From Spirochaetia bacterium (GTDB lineage Bacteria; Spirochaetota; Spirochaetia; SZUA-6; Bin103), in contig OZ241863.1 of NCBI GenBank assembly GCA_965203055.1, positions 1,440,001 to 1,504,000 of the forward strand: a stretch of DNA of 64,000 nucleotides. The letters run 5' to 3'. The first letter of the stretch is position 1, and every line of letters starts with the position of its first letter. Below, in pieces: positions 58,820 through 64,000 of the stretch. Below the pieces are notes generated by a model. The model searched no databases. It had not been told where the DNA came from and saw only the letters and a list, made by a program, of their open reading frames with translations. Both the position numbers and the translations under genes were made by a program.

Positions 58820-59761
58820 CTACCACAGCCCCGACTGGCCCAGCAGCTTGGCGAGGCGGTTGACCGACACCAGCAGCACGAAGTTGATCACCGCGTTGAA
58901 CAGGCCGACGGCCGCCGAGAAGCTGAACCGGGCGTCGAGCAGACCCACCTTGTAGACGAAGGTGGAGATGATCTCGGACACATCCAGGTTGAGCGCGTTC
59001 TGCATCAGGAACGCCTTCTCGAAGCCCACGCCCATGATCTGGCCGACGTTGAGGATCAACAGGATGACGATGGTGGGCAGGATGCCGGGGATGTCCACGT
59101 TCCACACCCGCTGCCACAGGGTGGCGCCGTCCACGATCGCCGCCTCATGCAGCTCGGGATCGATGGCGCTCAAGGCGGCAAGATAGATGATCGTGCCCCA
59201 GCCGGCGTTCTGCCACACCCCCGAGAACACGTACAGCGAGCGGAACCAGCGTTCCTGGCCCAGAAAGAACAGCCGTTCGCCGCCCAGCGCCGCGATGAAA
59301 TGGTTGGTCAGACCGAAGTTCTTGGACAGGAACACGCTGAGCATGCCCACGATCACCACGGTCGAGATGAAGTGCGGCGCGTAGGTGACCATCTGCACCG
59401 TGCGCTTGAAGCGCGCGCCGGTCACCATGTTCATCATCAGCGCCAGGATGATCGGCAGCGGAAACCCGACCAGCAGCTCGTAGCCGCTGAGGAAGATGGT
59501 GTTGCGGATCAGCCGCCAGAAGCTCGGCGACTCGAAGAAGCGGATGAAGTGGCGCAGGCCGACCCAGTCGCTGCCGATGATGCCGAGGTGCGGCTTGAAG
59601 TTCTTGAAGGCGATGGTGACGCCGTACATCGGCACGTACTGAAACAGGAAGATCAAACCGATGGTGGGCAGCAGCAACAGGTAGAGCTGCCAGGAACGGG
59701 CCACGCGGACCGCCAACGGCGTGCGGCGGACAGGGGCGGAAGCGGCCAGCGCGCGCTGCAT
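58820..59761 (-). CDS. Carbohydrate ABC transporter permease (LplB-like)
   Basis: YVPMYG..IAFK, PHFISTV, IDPELHEAAIVDGA. Confidence 0.95.
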   Translation of the reverse strand: MQRALAASAPVRRTPLAVRVARSWQLYLLLLPTIGLIFLFQYVPMYGVTIAFKNFKPHLGIIGSDWVGLRHFIRFFESPSFWRLIRNTIFLSGYELLVGFPLPIILALMMNMVTGARFKRTVQMVTYAPHFISTVVIVGMLSVFLSKNFGLTNHFIAALGGERLFFLGQERWFRSLYVFSGVWQNAGWGTIIYLAALSAIDPELHEAAIVDGATLWQRVWNVDIPGILPTIVILLILNVGQIMGVGFEKAFLMQNALNLDVSEIISTFVYKVGLLDARFSFSAAVGLFNAVINFVLLVSVNRLAKLLGQSGLW

Positions 59762-59964
59762 CGCGCGGCATGGTGCGGAACCGGCCGGCGGCTGTCAATC
59801 AACGCCGCGGCGAGCCCGGGGCGCCGAGAAAGCCGACGTGGCTACCGGGAGTCACCTGGCCCGAACGGGCGCGCGAACCCGCGCCGCCCGGCCCGTCCGT
59901 CCGCCGGCCTTCCGCCGGCCGGAGCCCGCTGGCGCAGGTCGAGCGGCTCATGCTATCGTCCGCC

Positions 59965-60594
59965 ATGACAAGCTCCACGCTCGCGCCGGCGCCGGATGCG
60001 ACCATCGTGCTGGCGTCCGCCTCGCCGCAACGGCGCCGCCTGCTGCAGTCGGCCGCCCTGCCGGTGCGGGTGGTGCCGCCGCAGGTAGACGAAACGCTGG
60101 CCGCTCCGGCGGCGCCGGAACAGGCGGTGGTGCTGCTGGCCCGGCGCAAGGCGCGCGCGGTGGCCGGCCGGTTGGGGCGCGGCCGCTGGATCGTGGCGGC
60201 CGACACCGGAATGCTGCTCGACGGGGAACTGATCGGCAAGCCCGCCGACCGCGCCGCGGCGCGGCGCATCCTCCGGCGTCTGGCCGGCGCCGAACACCGC
60301 GTGCTGACCGGGGTGGCGCTGGTCACGCCGGCGGGCGCGCTGGACACGGCGCTGGCGCGCACCGAGGTGACCTTCGCCGCGCTCGGCGACCGGGAGCTGG
60401 AGTGGTATCTCGATAGCGGGGAGTGGCGCGGCGCGGCGGGCGGCTATCGCCTGCAGGGCCGCGCCGGACTGCTGGTGACCGCGCTGCGCGGTTCCTGCAG
60501 CAACGTCGTAGGCTTGCCGCTGGAAACGATATATCGTATGTTGGCGCGGCATGGCTATCCATTTCGCAGCCACCGCAATGCAGAGGGGGATTAG
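59965..60594 (+). CDS. maf: Maf-family nucleoside triphosphate pyrophosphatase
   Basis: IVLASASPQRR.LL, VAADT, IGKP, AGGY.LQG, SNVVGLPL. Confidence 0.92.
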   Translation: MTSSTLAPAPDATIVLASASPQRRRLLQSAALPVRVVPPQVDETLAAPAAPEQAVVLLARRKARAVAGRLGRGRWIVAADTGMLLDGELIGKPADRAAARRILRRLAGAEHRVLTGVALVTPAGALDTALARTEVTFAALGDRELEWYLDSGEWRGAAGGYRLQGRAGLLVTALRGSCSNVVGLPLETIYRMLARHGYPFRSHRNAEGD

Positions 60595-61581
60595 TTGGCC
60601 GTCGTCACCATGAAGAACCTGCTGGAGTCGGGTGTTCACTTCGGGCATCAGACCAAGCGCTGGGATCCGCGCATGGCGCGTTACATCTTCACCGATCGTA
60701 ACGGGATCCACATCATCGACCTGCAGAAGACCATCACCGCCATCAAGGAAGCGTACGAAGCGGTGCGCACCTCCGTGCTGGCCGGCAAGCACGTCCTGTT
60801 CGTCGGCACCAAGAAGCAAGCGCAGCAATCGATCGAGCGCGAAGCGCGGCGTTGCAACATGTACTACGTCAACACCCGCTGGCTCGGCGGGATGCTCACC
60901 AACTTCTCGACCATGAAGCGTTCGCTGCTCAAGCTGAAGAAGATCGAGAAGATGGAAGTGGACGGCACCTTCGCCAACATGACCAAGAAAGAGATTTCGC
61001 GGATGCAGAAGGAGCAGGCCCGGCTGGAGCGCAATCTCGGCGGCATCAAGGAGATGAAGGAGTTGCCGGGGGTCATGTTCGTGGTCGACACCCGCAAGGA
61101 GGCGATCGCCATCGCCGAAGCCAACAAGATGAAGATTCCGGTCGTGGCCATCGTCGACACCAACTGCAACCCCGACGTCATCGACCTGCCGATTCCCGGC
61201 AACGACGACGCCATCCGGGCGATCAACCTGTTCACCCAGATCGTCGCCAACGCCGTCGTCGAAGCGGAGAACGAGGTCGGTCTGGAGGTGATCGAGACGC
61301 TGCAGGATGAAGACCGCAGCGACGAGTACGACTACGACCAGATCATCGACAAGGACGAGTACGGCGAGGACTACGAATCGGCGATGGAGGTCGAGACCGT
61401 CTCCCTCGGCGAGGCCGCGGGAGCGGCGGTGGCCACCGAGGTGCAGGACGGCTTCACCGACCAGGACTATTCCAACTACGATCCCGGCGACGAGGCCGAC
61501 AAGGAACAGCAGCAACCGGAACCGGAAACGGTCACCGAGAAAGCGGGCATCGACGAGGACACCCTCTACGAAGCCCGCTGA
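60595..61581 (+). CDS. rpsB: 30S ribosomal protein S2 with long acidic C-terminal extension
   Basis: [36 protein letters not shown] start. Confidence 0.98.
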   Translation: MAVVTMKNLLESGVHFGHQTKRWDPRMARYIFTDRNGIHIIDLQKTITAIKEAYEAVRTSVLAGKHVLFVGTKKQAQQSIEREARRCNMYYVNTRWLGGMLTNFSTMKRSLLKLKKIEKMEVDGTFANMTKKEISRMQKEQARLERNLGGIKEMKELPGVMFVVDTRKEAIAIAEANKMKIPVVAIVDTNCNPDVIDLPIPGNDDAIRAINLFTQIVANAVVEAENEVGLEVIETLQDEDRSDEYDYDQIIDKDEYGEDYESAMEVETVSLGEAAGAAVATEVQDGFTDQDYSNYDPGDEADKEQQQPEPETVTEKAGIDEDTLYEAR

Positions 61582-61647
61582 CGGGCGCCGCGCGGCCCCG
61601 CCCGGGCGCGCGCGGCAGGCGGCCGGTCAGCGATGCAGGAGTGACAA

Positions 61648-62496
61648 GTGGCAATTTCCGCTCAGGACGTGAAGCGACTCCGGGAACAGACCGGAGCTGG
61701 AATGATGGACTGCAAACGGGCGCTGGTGGACGCCGGCGGCGATCTTGCGGCCGCGGCGCGCCGCCTCAAGGAGATGGGACTGGCCGCCGCCGCCAAGCGC
61801 AGCGGCCGGGCGGCCACCGAAGGACGGGTGTTCTCCACGGTGAACGGCGCCGCGGCGATCCTGGAGCTCTCCAGCGAAACCGACTTCGTGGCGCGCAACG
61901 CCCAGTTCGTGGAGCTGGGCGAAAAGCTGGTCGCCGAGATCGCGCAGGGGCGCCTGGAAGCGCCTACCGAGCACATGCAGCAGTTGATTACCGAGGCGAT
62001 TGGCCGGATCAAGGAGAACATCGCCCTGCGCCGGTTTCGCAGCGTGACCCTGGCGGCCGGTGACCGCGTGGCCCACTACCTGCACGGCGAAGGCAACATC
62101 GGCGTGCTGGTCAAGCTGCATGCCGCCGATCCGGCCAAGGCGCAGGCCGAGAGCATGGGGCAGGCGGCGTTCGATCTGGCCCTGCACGTGGCCGCGTACG
62201 CGCCGCCGTTCCTGACCGCCGAGCGCGTCGGCGCCGATTATCTGGCCGAGCAGGAGGCGATCTTCCGCACCCAGGCGGAGGCCCTGGACAAGCCGCTCAA
62301 GGTCCTGGACGGGATCGTCAAGGGGAAACTGCGCAAGCACTTGCAGGAAGTGTGCCTGGTTGAGCAGCCGTTCGTGAAGGAACCGAAGCGGAGCGTCAAG
62401 CAGGTGCTGGCCGAGCTCGGCAAGGAGCTCGGCACGGAAGTGTCGGTGGTCGACTACGTCTACTACAAGGTAGGCGAGGGCGCGCCGTCCGCCTGA
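61648..62496 (+). CDS. tsf: Elongation factor Ts
   Basis: LREQTGAGMMDCKRAL, ETDFVARN. Confidence 0.98.
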   Translation: MAISAQDVKRLREQTGAGMMDCKRALVDAGGDLAAAARRLKEMGLAAAAKRSGRAATEGRVFSTVNGAAAILELSSETDFVARNAQFVELGEKLVAEIAQGRLEAPTEHMQQLITEAIGRIKENIALRRFRSVTLAAGDRVAHYLHGEGNIGVLVKLHAADPAKAQAESMGQAAFDLALHVAAYAPPFLTAERVGADYLAEQEAIFRTQAEALDKPLKVLDGIVKGKLRKHLQEVCLVEQPFVKEPKRSVKQVLAELGKELGTEVSVVDYVYYKVGEGAPSA

Positions 62497-62518
62497 AGGC
62501 GAAACCGAGGAGGAAGCC

Positions 62519-63070
62519 GTGGCCAAACTTGCCGCTGAGGCGAAGCAGCGCATGCAGAAGTCGATCGACGCGCTGGTGGGCGAATTCACGACCATCCGCA
62601 CGGGGCGCGCCAGCGCGCCGATGTTCGACAAGATCCGGGTCGAGGCCTACGGCCAGCAGTTGCCGCTGAACCAGACCGCCACGATTTCGATCCCCGAGGC
62701 GCGGCTGGTCATCATCCAGCCGTGGGATCGATCCACGCTGAGCCACATCGAACGCGCGATCCAGAAGTCTGATCTGTCCTTGAATCCGAGCAACGACGGC
62801 AAGGTCATTCGCATCGCCATTCCGCCGCTTACCGAGGAACGGCGCAAGGAAATCGTGAAGCAGGCGCGCAGCGCCGCCGAGCAGGCCCGGGTCGCGGTGC
62901 GCAACATCCGCCGCGACCTCAACGAGAGCATCAGGCAGCAGAAGAAGGAAGGGCTCGGCGAGGACGCGGCGAAGCGCGAGTCGGATCAGGTGCAGACCCT
63001 GACCGACGAGCGCATTGCCGAGATCAACGAGCTGCTCGCGTCCAAGGAAAAGGAGATCATGGAGATCTAA
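62519..63070 (+). CDS. frr: Ribosome recycling factor
   Basis: IRTGRA, PPLTEERRKEIVK, RNIRRD; GAGGAGG RBS. Confidence 0.98.
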   Translation: MAKLAAEAKQRMQKSIDALVGEFTTIRTGRASAPMFDKIRVEAYGQQLPLNQTATISIPEARLVIIQPWDRSTLSHIERAIQKSDLSLNPSNDGKVIRIAIPPLTEERRKEIVKQARSAAEQARVAVRNIRRDLNESIRQQKKEGLGEDAAKRESDQVQTLTDERIAEINELLASKEKEIMEI

Positions 63071-63094
63071 GGAGATCTTCAGGAGCCTGCCGGC

Positions 63095-64000
63095 TTGGGC
63101 GCAGGGAAGCCGCTGACGGGAGATCGCTTTTGGGTGCGCGTACTCCTGTTGTTGGCCGCGGTGCCGTTCTTCTTCGTGGTGATCTTCCTGCTGCCGGGAT
63201 ACCGCCATCTCCTGTTCAGCCTGTTCTGCGCCGCGGCCGCGGTGTTGGGTTCGCGCGAGGTGGCGCGGCTGTTCGAGCGCCGGCGGATGGCGGGAGATTG
63301 GCGGCTGGCAGGGTTCTGCTCCGCCCTGTTTCCGGCCGGGGCGTACCTGGAGAACTGGGACTTCGTGCCGGCCCACACCACCGGCGCCGCGGTCACCATC
63401 GCCGCGGCCGCGGCGCTGTCGGTGTCGGTGCTGGCCTCCGCCGGGGGCGGCGGCGGGGCGGCCGGTCCGGCCGCGGGCGGGCGGACCCCGGCGGCCCGCA
63501 CGCTGGAATACGCCGGCGCCACGCTGTTCGCCTGCTGCTATCCGGGGTTGCTGATCGGCTACCTGGTGCGGCTGGCCGGCGTCGGCGAGCCGCGCTGGAT
63601 GCTGCTGACCTTCTTCGCGGCGGTATTCGGCAACGACACCATCGCCTACGCGGCGGGCAAGCTGGCGCGCGGGCGCACCGCCCTGGGTCTGGCCGTCAGT
63701 CCGGCCAAGACCGCGGTGGGTTACGTCGCCGGCATCTCCGCTTCGGTAGGGGCCTTGCTGGCGGCCCGGGCGCTGTTTCCCGGAGCGCCGCGCTTCGGTA
63801 CCATTGAGGCAGCTATGGGCGGAGCGGCAATCGGGGTGTGCGCGGCGCTGGGCGACTTGGTGGAGTCGGCGCTGAAACGCGCCGCGCAGGTGAAAGACTC
63901 AGGTCATCTCATTCCGGGCCGCGGCGGACTGCTGGATTCCATCGATTCGATGCTGTTGTGCGCGCCGGTGTTCTTCCTCTGGATGCAGACGGTGGAGTGG
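63095..64000 (+). CDS. cdsA: Phosphatidate cytidylyltransferase, runs off the window end (absent from the ORF track)
   Basis: Manual translation from TTG 63095 (AGGAG upstream): NDTIAY..G, VSPAKT, GDLVESALKRAAQVKDSGHLIPGRGGLLDSIDS. Confidence 0.93.
   Translation, partial: MGAGKPLTGDRFWVRVLLLLAAVPFFFVVIFLLPGYRHLLFSLFCAAAAVLGSREVARLFERRRMAGDWRLAGFCSALFPAGAYLENWDFVPAHTTGAAVTIAAAAALSVSVLASAGGGGGAAGPAAGGRTPAARTLEYAGATLFACCYPGLLIGYLVRLAGVGEPRWMLLTFFAAVFGNDTIAYAAGKLARGRTALGLAVSPAKTAVGYVAGISASVGALLAARALFPGAPRFGTIEAAMGGAAIGVCAALGDLVESALKRAAQVKDSGHLIPGRGGLLDSIDSMLLCAPVFFLWMQTVEW

Noticed and set aside
63130..63807. 225-aa ORF from the track
   Set aside because: Wrong frame; the CdsA motifs lie in the frame starting at 63095, which has no stop before the window end.

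Overview
High-GC bacterial chromosome segment. The gene order maf-rpsB-tsf-frr-cdsA without pyrH, a stand-alone fliG, a V-type ATPase, a DUF1640-like protein and an 'AAGEAD'-type solute-binding protein suggest a spirochaete; a giant Calx-beta-like adhesin, an ankyrin protein and scattered defence genes hint at a host-associated lifestyle (both inferences). Left to right: the 3' 8 kb of a tandem-repeat adhesin with an autotransporter-like C-terminus; fliG and two exported-protein genes; an RRM gene with a long leader; tRNA-Val(GAC) with atypical C33; a complete Na+-type V-ATPase operon with a foreign gene between subunits B and D; an exported protein/CsgG-like pair; defence island 1 (about 25.9-32.4 kb: divergent HicB/HicA-like pair, GNAT plus orphan HsdS, orphan BrnA, two ATPases, decayed partner gene); metabolic genes (ddl, hyi-like, pgi, ctaA/ctaB, GT4, heparinase II/III, hslO, fhs); defence island 2 (about 47.3-53.8 kb: ATPase, internally deleted XRE regulator, Rpn nuclease with a hidden in-frame internal gene, fused restriction-modification enzyme); iolE with a sugar ABC transporter; translation genes. 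No CRISPR array, rRNA, integrase or IS was seen. Best novelty candidates are the HicB/HicA-like pair with a C-terminal degron, the Rpn internal antitoxin carrying a repeat tract, the GNAT-HsdS unit and the V-ATPase insertion. All family calls come from motif recognition by eye; no searches were run.
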